In this document: positions 53,518-62,869 of the stretch, one piece after another
How positions within the stretch are numbered: position 1 is the stretch's first letter
How the letters are laid out: each line of letters starts with the position of its first letter
Assembly: GCF_035556475.1 (NCBI RefSeq)
Contig: NZ_DATMFA010000022.1
Coordinates: 72-64,071 of the forward strand
From: Paracoccus sp. (in: a-proteobacteria)
GTDB lineage: Bacteria; Pseudomonadota; Alphaproteobacteria; Rhodobacterales; Rhodobacteraceae
Length of the DNA: 64,000 bases
Direction of reading: 5' to 3'
Made by a program: the position numbers and the translations under genes
Notes under the pieces: model-generated
The model's input: only the letters and a program-made list of their open reading frames with translations
The model's database searches: none
Told to the model about the DNA's origin: nothing

Positions 53518-54443
53518 TTTCCGGCAAGGATCTTGGCGGCATTACCGTCGCAACCGTGCTTCCCTTTCATGAGGACGGCGCCGTCGACTGGGCGGGGTAC
53601 GAGGGCGTGCTGGCCCATTGCGCGCGCCCGGAGACGACGGATTGCGTCTTCGTGAACGGCCATGCCGGCGAGGCAACGGCGCTGACCGCTGAGGAACGCG
53701 CCGAGGTCATCCGCCGCACCCGCGACCATATCGGCAAGGATCGCGTCCTGCTGGCCGGGGTGGTCCCGACCGGCTACCCCGAGGCGATTGCGCAGGCCGA
53801 GGCCGCGCGGGAGGCCGGCGCCGATGTCGCGGTGATCTTCCCGGCCGAAGCGCTTGGCGGCGGCAACGCGAATACGGCCGCAGGCGTAAAGTTTATCGAG
53901 AAGCTGGGTGCGGAGCTGCAAATGCCTCTCTCGATCTTTCAGTTTCCGATCGCTTCGGGCTTTGGCTTCTCGACACCGGTTCTCGCCGAGATGGCCCGGA
54001 TCCCGGAGGTCGTCGCCATCAAGGAAGGCTCGGCCACGCTTCTCGCCTATGACGAGAACCGGCGCGCGGTGAAGGCGGCGGCACCCGATGTTGCCATTCT
54101 GCCCTCGAATTTCCACTGGTTCTTTGCGCAGGTGGCGCTTGGCGGCGATGGCATCCTGTCGGGGCTGGCAAGTCTTGTGCCGGACTTGCTGTCGGATCTT
54201 TGGAAAGCCTCGCAGGACATGGACCTTGGCCGGATGCGCGCGGCGAATGAGCGGCTCTATCCGGTGGTGCGTGCGGTCTACGGTCCTGCGCCCGTGGTCG
54301 ACATGCATACGCGGATGAAGGACGGGTTGCGCCTGATGGGCGTGATCAGGAATTCTGCCCCGCGTCTGCCCTTGCTCAAGCAATCCGATGATGTCGTCGA
54401 GGGCGTCCGCAAGGCGCTGGTCTCGGCAGGTGTGCTGCAATGA
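53514..54443 (+). CDS. DapA/NAL-superfamily class I aldolase, non-canonical (NGHAGE)
   Basis: VLPFHEDG.VD, NGHAGE, IFQF at the Tyr position, AIKEGS Schiff-base Lys. Confidence 0.8.
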   Translation: MISGKDLGGITVATVLPFHEDGAVDWAGYEGVLAHCARPETTDCVFVNGHAGEATALTAEERAEVIRRTRDHIGKDRVLLAGVVPTGYPEAIAQAEAAREAGADVAVIFPAEALGGGNANTAAGVKFIEKLGAELQMPLSIFQFPIASGFGFSTPVLAEMARIPEVVAIKEGSATLLAYDENRRAVKAAAPDVAILPSNFHWFFAQVALGGDGILSGLASLVPDLLSDLWKASQDMDLGRMRAANERLYPVVRAVYGPAPVVDMHTRMKDGLRLMGVIRNSAPRLPLLKQSDDVVEGVRKALVSAGVLQ

Positions 54444-55351
54444 ACGGCGGGCTTTACGCCGCCACGATCTGCACGATGACGTCCGACGGCCAGATCGACG
54501 CGGCGGCGCAGGAGAGGCATTTCGCCGCCGTGATGGCGACGCCGGGTCTGGACGGGCTGCTTCTGAACGGCCATGCGGGTGAGGGCGTTTTCACCTCGCG
54601 CGAGGAACAGGCGCAAATCGTGCGGATCGCGCGTGAGGTTTCGCCGAAGGCGCGCATCCTTGCCGCGGTCAGTTCGGAATCGACCATGCAGGCAGGCAAG
54701 GATGCCGAGGCCGCGCTGCATGCCGGTGCCGATGCGATCATGGTCTTTGCGCCCTTTTCATGGACGCTCGGGGCCGACCCGCGCGCGATCATCGCTCATC
54801 ATCGCGGCATCGCCGAGGTGGCGGGCGCGCCGATCTATCTGTTCCAGGGTTCGGTCGGTTCGGGAAAGCTGGCCTATACCCCTGACGTGCTGCGCGCGCT
54901 TCTCGACATCGAAGCCGTGGCTGGCATCAAGGAAGGCAGTTGGGAAACCCGTGCCTATGAGGTGACGCGTCGGATCACCCGCGCCGCGCGGCCTGATGTC
55001 GCGGTCATGGCTTCGGGGGACGAGCACCTTTATACCTGCTACGTGATCGGCAGCGATGGCAGCGCGGTCAGCCTTGCCGCCGTGGTTCCCGAGCTGATCG
55101 TGGCCCTTGATCGCCATGTCCGCGAAGGCCGCCACGCGCAGGCGCTGGCGATCCATGAGGCACTGTTCGACTTCGCGCGCCTCGTCTATGCCGCCCCCGG
55201 TCACATGGCCGCCGCGCGTCTGAAGGCCTGCCTGGTCGAGCTGGGCCGCATCCCCGACGATGCCTGCCGCGCACCGACCCCGCCGGTGCTGCCCGAAGAA
55301 CGCGCGGCGTTGATGGCCGCCCTGCGTCCCTGTCTGGAGCTTTCGCCGTGA
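54440..55351 (+). CDS. Second DapA/NAL-superfamily protein (NGHAGE)
   Basis: NGHAGE, LFQG, GIKEGS; ATGA-coupled to its paralog. Confidence 0.8.
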   Translation: MNGGLYAATICTMTSDGQIDAAAQERHFAAVMATPGLDGLLLNGHAGEGVFTSREEQAQIVRIAREVSPKARILAAVSSESTMQAGKDAEAALHAGADAIMVFAPFSWTLGADPRAIIAHHRGIAEVAGAPIYLFQGSVGSGKLAYTPDVLRALLDIEAVAGIKEGSWETRAYEVTRRITRAARPDVAVMASGDEHLYTCYVIGSDGSAVSLAAVVPELIVALDRHVREGRHAQALAIHEALFDFARLVYAAPGHMAAARLKACLVELGRIPDDACRAPTPPVLPEERAALMAALRPCLELSP

Positions 55352-55635
55352 CGGAACTGCAATCCCATATTGTCTTCGTCGATGTCGACCCCGAGCACGA
55401 GGCGGCCTTCGACGATTGGTACGACAACGTCCACCTGCCCGAGATCCTTGCTTGCCCCGGCTGGCTGGATGCACGACGCGAGAAATGCCTCGAGGGCGGC
55501 GCGCGACATGTCGCGATCTATACGATCACCGGCCCCGAGGTCTATGAAACGCCCGAGTTCAACGCTATCAAGGGGTTCGGGCCTTTTGCAGACAAGGTTC
55601 GGAACTTTCACCGCATCCGCCTGACGCGAAGCTGA
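55348..55635 (+). CDS. Small dimeric alpha/beta-barrel protein (EthD/DUF4286-like)
   Basis: FDDWYDNVHLPEILACPGW..ARR....RHVAIY. Confidence 0.6.
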   Translation: MTELQSHIVFVDVDPEHEAAFDDWYDNVHLPEILACPGWLDARREKCLEGGARHVAIYTITGPEVYETPEFNAIKGFGPFADKVRNFHRIRLTRS

Positions 55636-55666
55636 GGGGATGCACGCAAGGGAACGCGCGCGGGAC

Positions 55667-56584
55667 ATGCTGAACCTCAGGCAGCTCGAAATTCTGCGCG
55701 CGGTCGTCCAGTACCGCACCACCGTGGGCGCGGCCGAGCAGCTGGGGATGTCCCAGCCCTCGATTTCGAACACCATCCGACATGTCGAGACCTTGCTCGG
55801 GTTTCCGCTGTTCGAGCGGCAGTCGAACCGGCTGATCCCGACCGAGGAGACGATGATCCTCCTCGAGGAATCCGAGCCCCTCTTCCTGCTGCGCGACGCG
55901 GTCAATCAGCGCGCCGCCGACCTGCGCGCGGGACGGATCGGGCGGGTCCGCATCGCCTCGACCGCCGAGATCAGCGAGGCGGTGCTGCCCCGCGCCATCG
56001 CCGACTATGCGCGCCAATATCCCCAGATCCAGATTTCGCTTGAGACCCGACCGCTCGACAGCGTGCTTCAGGTCGTCGAGAACGGCCTGGCGGACGTGGC
56101 CTTCGTCATCTCGGCCTATGACCGGCAGGCGCTTGACTTCGAACTGATCGCGGAACTGCGCGCGGTCTGCATCTGCCCCGAGGGTCATCCTCTGGCGGCG
56201 CTGGCGCAGGTCACGCCGCGCGATCTGGAGGGCCATCCGCTGGTCGGGCCCCGCACTGCGAACCGGGTCGGTATGATGATCGCGGATTGTTTCCACGAAT
56301 GCGGGATGGAATACCGCCCTTCGATCGAAACCCGCTTCATGAACGCGGCCTCGCGCATCGTTGGCGAGGGCTGGGGCGTTGCTGTCGTGGACGAGCTTTC
56401 GGCCCATGTTGCGCTGCGCCCCGGGCTGACAGTTCGTCCCTTCCAGTCGCGGCTGCGCTTCAATCTGGTGGCCGCAACGCTGCGGACCAAGACCCTTTCG
56501 CGCCAGACCCGACGCTTCATGAAAGCTGTATCGGACCGGGTGAAGATGCAACTGGCAGAAATGCACGCTGCCTCGACCCCCTAG
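55667..56584 (+). CDS. LysR family regulator
   Basis: LRQLEILRAV...AAEQLGMSQPSIS...LFERQSNRLIPT; alternative start 55640. Confidence 0.92.
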   Translation: MLNLRQLEILRAVVQYRTTVGAAEQLGMSQPSISNTIRHVETLLGFPLFERQSNRLIPTEETMILLEESEPLFLLRDAVNQRAADLRAGRIGRVRIASTAEISEAVLPRAIADYARQYPQIQISLETRPLDSVLQVVENGLADVAFVISAYDRQALDFELIAELRAVCICPEGHPLAALAQVTPRDLEGHPLVGPRTANRVGMMIADCFHECGMEYRPSIETRFMNAASRIVGEGWGVAVVDELSAHVALRPGLTVRPFQSRLRFNLVAATLRTKTLSRQTRRFMKAVSDRVKMQLAEMHAASTP

Positions 56585-57348
56585 TTGCGCAGGCTGGCGA
56601 CCGCCTGGGCGCCCCCTGCGACCAGCAGGTTCGTGTCATTCGTCGCGACGATCAGCGAGGCGCCGGGTGCATGGCTTGCGACCAGATGCGCCGGCAAGCC
56701 CATGACCCCGAATGCCTTGGCGTGGCGCGCGGCGGCACCGGCGATCCGCCCAAAGGCAGCCAGCACCGCCGGGTGTTCGACCTGTCCTCTCAGCCCCAGA
56801 CCGTCGGCAAGGTCGTTCGTTCCGATGACGAGCATGTCGATCCCGTCGACGGCGGCGATTTCGTCGACCGCCCCCAACCCCGCCGCGCTTTCGATCATTG
56901 CCGCGATGCTGACCTCGCGCCCTGCCTGAACGCAAAAGTCCAGGGCAGGCAGCAGCGCATAGTCGAGTGCCGGCACCGGTCCGGGAATGCTGCGCCCGCC
57001 AAGGGGCGCAAAGCGGCAGGCGCGTACGATCTCGCGCGCTTGGGCCACGCTGTCCACATGCGGCACGATGAGCCCGGTTGCTCCGCAATCGAAGACGCGC
57101 GCGAGGTCGCCCGACCTTGGCCCGCCGACCCGGGCCCACACCGGAAAGCCTGCGGCGATCCCCGCCGCCGCCACCTGCCCGAGTGCATCCATGCCCAGCG
57201 GACCATGTTCCATGTCCACGACGGCAAAGTCGAATCCGGCACCACGCGCCAGCAGAACGGCCTCGGGCCGGCCCAGAATGCAAAAGGCGATGCCAATGCG
57301 CGGCGTATCGGGATTCTGTTTTTGCTCAGCATTTAGGCTGTTGGCCAT
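56581..57348 (-). CDS. HpcH/HpaI-family class II aldolase
   Basis: FDFAVVDMEHGP, GLIVPHV, FAPLGGRS, MIES, IGTNDL. Confidence 0.8.
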   Translation of the reverse strand: MANSLNAEQKQNPDTPRIGIAFCILGRPEAVLLARGAGFDFAVVDMEHGPLGMDALGQVAAAGIAAGFPVWARVGGPRSGDLARVFDCGATGLIVPHVDSVAQAREIVRACRFAPLGGRSIPGPVPALDYALLPALDFCVQAGREVSIAAMIESAAGLGAVDEIAAVDGIDMLVIGTNDLADGLGLRGQVEHPAVLAAFGRIAGAAARHAKAFGVMGLPAHLVASHAPGASLIVATNDTNLLVAGGAQAVASLRN

Positions 57349-57608
57349 TGCGTGTCCAAACCTCGGATTGGGGAACCCAAGGCTAACCCGATTGTCCGGG
57401 GATTATTCGCTGAAAGCGCGCGTTAAATACTTTGTATCAGGATATTTATAGTTGCGTGACTTCTTGAAGCCCTTTTTCCCGATAACCTATGAGCCATGGC
57501 AAAGAGCGCGCAAGCGCCGCAACCCGCCGACAGGTCGAAGGGGAATCAAGGATGGTCCATCCGTCAATTGCAGATACCTGCGTATCAGAAACTGCGCGCA
57601 ATCCATTG

Positions 57609-58106
57609 ATGCGCGTTGCCAATCGGGGACTCTGGATGCTGCGGCGCCTCGTCGACGGCGTCCTTCTGGCGCTGCTTGGCTATATGGCTCTGGCAATCCT
57701 CGCGCAGGTGGTAGGACGTTATTTTTTCAACTATTCGATCGCCTGGAGCGAGGAGACGGCGACCTTCGCACAGGTCTGGCTGACCCTCCTCGGGGCGGGT
57801 GTCGCGATGCGCTATAATCAACATGTCGGCGTGGATTTCCTGATCCTGAAGGCGCCGGTCGGGGTCCAGCGTATCGTCAACGGCGTGGCCTTCCTGCTGG
57901 GGATATGGTTTCTCGGCGTGGTGGTGGTCGGCTCGCTTTCGATGTTGTCGATCGGGCTGATGGTGAAATCGCCCGCATTGCGCCTGCCGATGGCGATTCC
58001 CTATTCGGCCCTGCCGGCGGGATTTGCCTATTTCCTGATCGAATTCGCGATCACTACCCTGCCGCGCGTCCTGCGCCCGGGTGCAACCACAAGCCAGGGG
58101 GACTGA
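57609..58106 (+). CDS. dctQ: TRAP transporter small permease
   Basis: QVVGRY, WSEE, HVGVD, SPAL..PM...Y; start uncertain (57609 or 57552). Confidence 0.85.
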   Translation: MRVANRGLWMLRRLVDGVLLALLGYMALAILAQVVGRYFFNYSIAWSEETATFAQVWLTLLGAGVAMRYNQHVGVDFLILKAPVGVQRIVNGVAFLLGIWFLGVVVVGSLSMLSIGLMVKSPALRLPMAIPYSALPAGFAYFLIEFAITTLPRVLRPGATTSQGD

Positions 58107-58108
58107 TC

Positions 58109-59389
58109 ATGGGCGTCGCACTGTCCGGCTTTCTCGTCCTTCTGGTTTCGGGAATGCCCATTGTCCTCGCGCTCGGCATCGCGGGGTTGATCGCGATCGA
58201 GCTGACCACCGGCGCACCGATTTCGATCGTCGCGCAGCGCATCTATGGCGGGATCAGTTCCTTCACGCTGATGGCGATCCCTTTCTTCGTCGCCTCGGGC
58301 CTGCTGATGGAGGCGGGTGGCATCGCGCGGCGCTTCGTCGCGCTGGCCGAGGCGCTGGTCGGCTGGATCACCGGCAGCCTCTATATGGTCGCGATCGTGA
58401 CCGGGACCGGGCTTGCCGCGATCTCGGGCTCAGGCTCGGCGGATACCGCAGCGATCAGCGCGGTCATGGTCCCCGAAATGAAAAAGCGGCGCTATAATAT
58501 TGATCTTGCCGCCTCGGTCATCGCGGCATCGGGCGCGCTGGCCTCGATCATTCCGCCCTCGATCGTGATGATCGTGATCGCGATCACGTCGAACCAGTCG
58601 ATCGGCGCAATGTTCCTTGGCGGCGTGGTGCCGGGCATGATGGTCATGATCTTCCTGATGGTCGGCTGCTGGCTTTACAGCCGCCGCCAGGGCGAGGTCT
58701 ATCGCGACGCCCGGGCCTTCACGCTGTCCCGGCTGTGGCGCGGCTTCGTCGATGCGGGACCGGGGCTGATGATCCCACTGATCGTGGTCGGCGGCATCGT
58801 CGGCGGCGTCTTCACCGCGACCGAGGCCGCCTGCGTCGCGCTGTTCGCCACGCTGATCATCACCATGCTGATCTATCGCGAGATCAGGCCTTCGGACCTG
58901 CCGCGTATTATGCTGAAGGCGATCAGCCTGTCGGCGACGGTGCTGATCATTGTCGCGACCGCCAGCGTATTTACCTGGGTCATCGCGACGGCCGGCCTGC
59001 CTGCCATGCTGAAAAACTGGCTGACCGGGATCACGCAAAGTCCCTGGGTATTCCTGCTGATCGTCAACCTGCTGCTGCTGGTCGTGGGCATGTTCATGGA
59101 AAGCATCTCGGCCGTGCTGATCCTGCTGCCGATCCTGTCGCCGATTGCGCAAAGCTTCGGAATCGACCCGGTGCATTTCGGGATCATCATATCGCTGAAC
59201 CTGTCGATCGGCCTGATCACGCCCCCCTATGGCATCTGCCTTTACGTCGCAGCCAGCGTTGCCGGCCGGCGGATCGAACAGGTCTCGCGCCAGATCTGGC
59301 TGCCGCTGGGGGCGATGCTGATCGTGCTGGGCCTCGTCACGTATGTGCCGGCGATCTCGCTCTGGTTGCCCGACGCCTTCATTCGCTAG
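58109..59389 (+). CDS. dctM: TRAP transporter large permease
   Basis: LMAIPFF, AISGSGSADTAA, IIPPSIVM, FTATEAA, DPVHFG, ITPPYG. Confidence 0.93.
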   Translation: MGVALSGFLVLLVSGMPIVLALGIAGLIAIELTTGAPISIVAQRIYGGISSFTLMAIPFFVASGLLMEAGGIARRFVALAEALVGWITGSLYMVAIVTGTGLAAISGSGSADTAAISAVMVPEMKKRRYNIDLAASVIAASGALASIIPPSIVMIVIAITSNQSIGAMFLGGVVPGMMVMIFLMVGCWLYSRRQGEVYRDARAFTLSRLWRGFVDAGPGLMIPLIVVGGIVGGVFTATEAACVALFATLIITMLIYREIRPSDLPRIMLKAISLSATVLIIVATASVFTWVIATAGLPAMLKNWLTGITQSPWVFLLIVNLLLLVVGMFMESISAVLILLPILSPIAQSFGIDPVHFGIIISLNLSIGLITPPYGICLYVAASVAGRRIEQVSRQIWLPLGAMLIVLGLVTYVPAISLWLPDAFIR

Positions 59390-59412
59390 CCATAACCAAC
59401 AGGGAACAAGAC

Positions 59413-60372
59413 ATGCTGAATCGACTGTTTGCCTCTGCCGTCCTTCTCGCCATCGTTGCGGGTCCGCTTGCGGCGCAGGAATACAAATTCAAGATCGGCC
59501 ATACCAATGCGTCCGACGAGGTGCAGGACAAAGGCCTGCAGAAGATGCGCGAGCTGCTTGAGGCCAAGACCAACGGCGCGGCGACGCTGGAGATCTTTCC
59601 GGGCGGCCAGCTTGGCGACGAATCCCAGTTGATCGAGGGGGTGATGCTTGGCAGCATCGACATGTCGATGACCTCGAACGCGCTGCTGTCGAACTATGTC
59701 GAGGATTACAAGGTCTTCGACATGCCCTTCCTGTTTCCCAGCATTGGCGAGTTGGGCGGCAAGATCGACGCGAACTGGGATCTGATGGAGGCATCTGCCA
59801 ACAATTCCGGTTTCCAGCTTCTGGGCGTCCATTCCTCGGGGCTGCGCCACCTGATGACCAAAAAGCCGGTCGAGGGCATCGGCGACCTGGCCGGGCTGAA
59901 GATCCGCACCATGCAGAACCCGGTTCATGTCGAGGCCTGGCGCGCCTATGGCGCGAACCCGACGCCGATGTCCTACAACGAGCTTTACGGCGCATTGCAA
60001 TCGGGCGTCGTGGATGGGGCAGAGGCCGCCTCGACCGGCTATGACGGGATGAAGTTCTATGAGGTCGCGCCTGATTTCGCGCAGGTCGGCTGGCTCAACA
60101 TGACCGCGCCGGTGGTGATGCAAAAGGGCGCATTCGACGCGCTGCCCGAAAACATCCAGGCCGCGCTGATGGAGGCAGGCCGGGAAGCCGCGGCATGGGA
60201 GCGCGGCTATGTCGAAGAGCAGGAGCAGCCGCTGATCGACAAGTTCAAGGCCGCCGGTGCGAATGTCACCCAGCCCGACCCAGCCCCGTTCCGCGAGGCG
60301 TCGAAGCCACTTTATGCAAGTCAACTCAGCACGCCCGGCCAGCAGGCGCTGCTGAAGGCCATGACCGAATAA
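59413..60372 (+). CDS. dctP: TRAP substrate-binding protein
   Basis: Signal peptide, IFPGGQLG, DMPFLF, GLKIRTM (carboxylate-binding Arg), ANPTPMSYNELYGALQSGVVDGAE. Confidence 0.92.
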   Translation: MLNRLFASAVLLAIVAGPLAAQEYKFKIGHTNASDEVQDKGLQKMRELLEAKTNGAATLEIFPGGQLGDESQLIEGVMLGSIDMSMTSNALLSNYVEDYKVFDMPFLFPSIGELGGKIDANWDLMEASANNSGFQLLGVHSSGLRHLMTKKPVEGIGDLAGLKIRTMQNPVHVEAWRAYGANPTPMSYNELYGALQSGVVDGAEAASTGYDGMKFYEVAPDFAQVGWLNMTAPVVMQKGAFDALPENIQAALMEAGREAAAWERGYVEEQEQPLIDKFKAAGANVTQPDPAPFREASKPLYASQLSTPGQQALLKAMTE

Positions 60373-60375
60373 GTC

Positions 60376-60407
60376 CGATGCGGCGTCCCGTCAGGGGCGC
60401 CGCATCG
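60376..60407. terminator. Hairpin after dctP
   Basis: CGATGCGGCGTCCC-gtca-GGGGCGCCGCATCG. Confidence 0.65.
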
Positions 60408-60429
60408 CGATGGCCAGGGGGCAGGCATT

Positions 60430-60530
60430 TTTGACACAGCCATCCGCAACGAGACCCTCATCATCGCCTGCGACCGCCACCGCGCCCAGTTCGTCGCGCT
60501 GTCGGCGATATGATTGACATCGGTGCCGAT
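60430..60530 (+). pseudogene. Possible N-terminal remnant of a dihydropyrimidinase/allantoinase-type amidohydrolase
   Basis: FDTAIRNETLIIACDRHRAQ resembles FDTVIRNGT.VTASD..RAD; followed by a stop/frameshift and a MIDIG-like segment. Confidence 0.4.
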
Positions 60531-60588
60531 GCCGATCCGACACTCCCGGATCCGGCGCGACGGCGAAGTTTGCTGCGGAAGTGCGGGC

Positions 60589-61257
60589 CTAGGCGTCAGG
60601 GGCGATCCGCGAGACGAGGTCTTCCATCATCGCCGCGTTCTGCATGCGCAGGATCGCCTCTGCCGCCACGTTGTCATGGCGGCGAAGGGCGTCGATCAGC
60701 AATTGCATCTCCTCGGCCATGACTCGCCTGCGGCCGGTGCCATAGCCATAGCCGCGGCGGAAGGCGAAGATGATGTCCCAGCCGCGCAGAAAGACGCGCA
60801 GCGCCTCGCGGTTGCCGCCGAACTCGACCAGCTTGGCGTTGAAGTCGCGGTTGACGCGGATCGCCTCCAGATCCTCGCCATGGTCCAGATGGTCGCGATA
60901 TTCCTGCGCCAACGCCTCAAGCGCGCGAATACGCTCCAGCGTCAACGTGGCCATGCCGCGCCTGACCGCGCAGATGCGCAGGTCGGTGTTCAGCTCGAAC
61001 AGGTCGGTGATATAGGCGCGGTCCAGCTTGCGGACCGTCGCGCCCCGGTTAGGCTCGATCTGGACCAGCCCTTCACCTTCAAGCTTCCGCAGCGCCTCGC
61101 GCAGGGGCATAGTGGACAGGCCAAGCCGCTGGGCCAGTTCTGCCGTCTTCAGCCGCTCGCCCGGCGCCATCTGCCCCGAAAGGATCGCCTCGCGGATCAG
61201 ACGGGTCGCCTGATCAGCCGAGTTCAGCGCGCTATCGAGCGGCTCGTTCATGATCAC
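60589..61257 (-). CDS. GntR family (FCD) regulator
   Basis: IREAILSG.MAPGERLK...LGLSTMPLREALRKLEGEGLV...PNRGA.V; GTGA-coupled to maoC. Confidence 0.9.
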   Translation of the reverse strand: MIMNEPLDSALNSADQATRLIREAILSGQMAPGERLKTAELAQRLGLSTMPLREALRKLEGEGLVQIEPNRGATVRKLDRAYITDLFELNTDLRICAVRRGMATLTLERIRALEALAQEYRDHLDHGEDLEAIRVNRDFNAKLVEFGGNREALRVFLRGWDIIFAFRRGYGYGTGRRRVMAEEMQLLIDALRRHDNVAAEAILRMQNAAMMEDLVSRIAPDA

Positions 61258-61688
61258 CCCCGCTTCCGAATCAGCGAGACATGCTCGGCGTCGATCACAG
61301 CCTCCTCGCCACGCAGAAGGCGCACGGCCTCGGTGACGACACCGCGCCCCTTGCTTTCGCGCTTGGCGGTGAAATCCATCTTGACATGGATCACGTCACC
61401 CGCAGCCAGCGGCTTCAGGAAGCGGACCTTGTCCCAGCCGAGCGAGGCGATCGAGCTTTCGTCGTAAAGATGTAGTTCGGTCTTCAGCCCCTCCATCAGC
61501 GCCAGACCGTATAGCCCATGAGCGATGATGCCGGGAAACCCGGCATCGCGCGCATAGTCGGCATCGGTGTGGAGGGGATGATGATCCCGCGTCAGACGGC
61601 AGAAGTCGGCGATGTCGGCCTCGGTGATGCGATGGGCGGGCGTGGTGTAGCTGCTCCCGATGTCGACATCCTCATAGAACAGGCTCAT
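61254..61688 (-). CDS. MaoC family dehydratase
   Basis: FYED..IG, ITEADIADF..LTRDHHPLHTD, IIAHG, VRFLKPL..GD.I. Confidence 0.87.
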   Translation of the reverse strand: MSLFYEDVDIGSSYTTPAHRITEADIADFCRLTRDHHPLHTDADYARDAGFPGIIAHGLYGLALMEGLKTELHLYDESSIASLGWDKVRFLKPLAAGDVIHVKMDFTAKRESKGRGVVTEAVRLLRGEEAVIDAEHVSLIRKRG

Positions 61689-62839
61689 GCGTATTGCTTT
61701 CCGACTTGTCGCGCGATGATCATGCGCTGGATCTGGTTTGTGCCTTCATAGATCTGGCTCAGCCGCACGTCACGGAAAAGCCGCTCGACGCGGAACTCGC
61801 GCGAATAGCCATTGCCGCCATGGATCTGCAGCGCGTTGGAAATATGGACCTGCGCCATGTCGGTGGTGAAAAGCTTGGCCTGCGCCGCCTCAAGCGCGAT
61901 GGGCTGACCGGCGTCGTAAAGCCGCGCGGCATGATGGATCAGCAGGCGGGCGGCGGCGATGTCCTTGGCCATGTCGGCGATCATGAACTGGATTGCCTGA
62001 AACTCGAAGATCGGCTTGCCGAACTGTCTGCGCTCATGCGCATAGGCGATCGCGTCCTCCATCGCCGCCTGCGCCATGCCAAGCGCCATCGACGACATCA
62101 TCAGGCGCGAGAAATTGAAGTTCTCCATCGCCATCTTGAAGGCGCCGTTCTCGGGCCCGATCCGGTTCGCGATCGGCACGCGAACCTGGTCGAGGGCGAT
62201 CATGCATTCGGCAAGGCCGTGCATTCCCAACAGTTCCTCGGACTTGCCGCGATGGACGCCGGGGCGGTCGGTCTCGACCAGAATGCAGGAAATCCCCCTG
62301 TGGCCCGCCGCGGGATCAGTCTTGGCAAAGACCATGATCACATCCGCGACCTGCCCGAACGTGACCCATGCCTTCGAGCCCGTGATCACATACTCATCCC
62401 CCTCGCGACGGGCGACGGTATTCATGCTGGCGACGTCCGAGCCATTGTCGGGCTCGGTCACCGCGGTCGCGGGAATCACACTGCCGTCAAGGATGCCGGG
62501 GATCAGGGCCTTGTGCTGGGCGTCGCCGTGATGGTTCAGGAATAGCGCCGCTTCGACCGGGATCGCGAAGGCATTGCCGACCGCGCCCGAGCCGCGCGCG
62601 ATCTCCTCCATCGCGATGCAGGCGGTCAGCGCGTCCATGCCGGCACCGCCGGCCTCCTCGGGCAGCGCCACGCCGAAAAGGCCAAGTTCGGCCAGTGCGA
62701 GATAGGCATCGCGGGGGAAGGCGTTCTCACGGTCGATCCGGGCGGCGATGGGCGCGACGACCTCATCCGAGAGCTTGCGCGCAGTGTCGCGCACCATGCG
62801 CTGCTCGTCACTCAAGAAGTGATCCAAAATAATCTCCAT
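61685..62839 (-). CDS. Acyl-CoA dehydrogenase
   Basis: AVTEPDNGSD, ITGSKAWVT, RRQFGKPI, QIHGGNGYS, IYEGTNQIQ. Confidence 0.92.
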   Translation of the reverse strand: MEIILDHFLSDEQRMVRDTARKLSDEVVAPIAARIDRENAFPRDAYLALAELGLFGVALPEEAGGAGMDALTACIAMEEIARGSGAVGNAFAIPVEAALFLNHHGDAQHKALIPGILDGSVIPATAVTEPDNGSDVASMNTVARREGDEYVITGSKAWVTFGQVADVIMVFAKTDPAAGHRGISCILVETDRPGVHRGKSEELLGMHGLAECMIALDQVRVPIANRIGPENGAFKMAMENFNFSRLMMSSMALGMAQAAMEDAIAYAHERRQFGKPIFEFQAIQFMIADMAKDIAAARLLIHHAARLYDAGQPIALEAAQAKLFTTDMAQVHISNALQIHGGNGYSREFRVERLFRDVRLSQIYEGTNQIQRMIIARQVGKQYA

Positions 62840-62869
62840 CAGGCAATAATTGATCTGTCATATTCGACT

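Noticed and set aside
56581-56584. Four-base CTAG stop-codon overlaps of convergent genes (also 9710-9713)
   Set aside because: A common compaction feature with no evidence of special function
50310-60372. Calling this cluster an itaconate (ict/ich/ccl, rip) pathway
   Set aside because: The lyase is HpaI-type (DMEHG), not CitE-type; the MaoC proteins are short; and two DapA-like genes have no role in that pathway. Kept only as an architectural analogy
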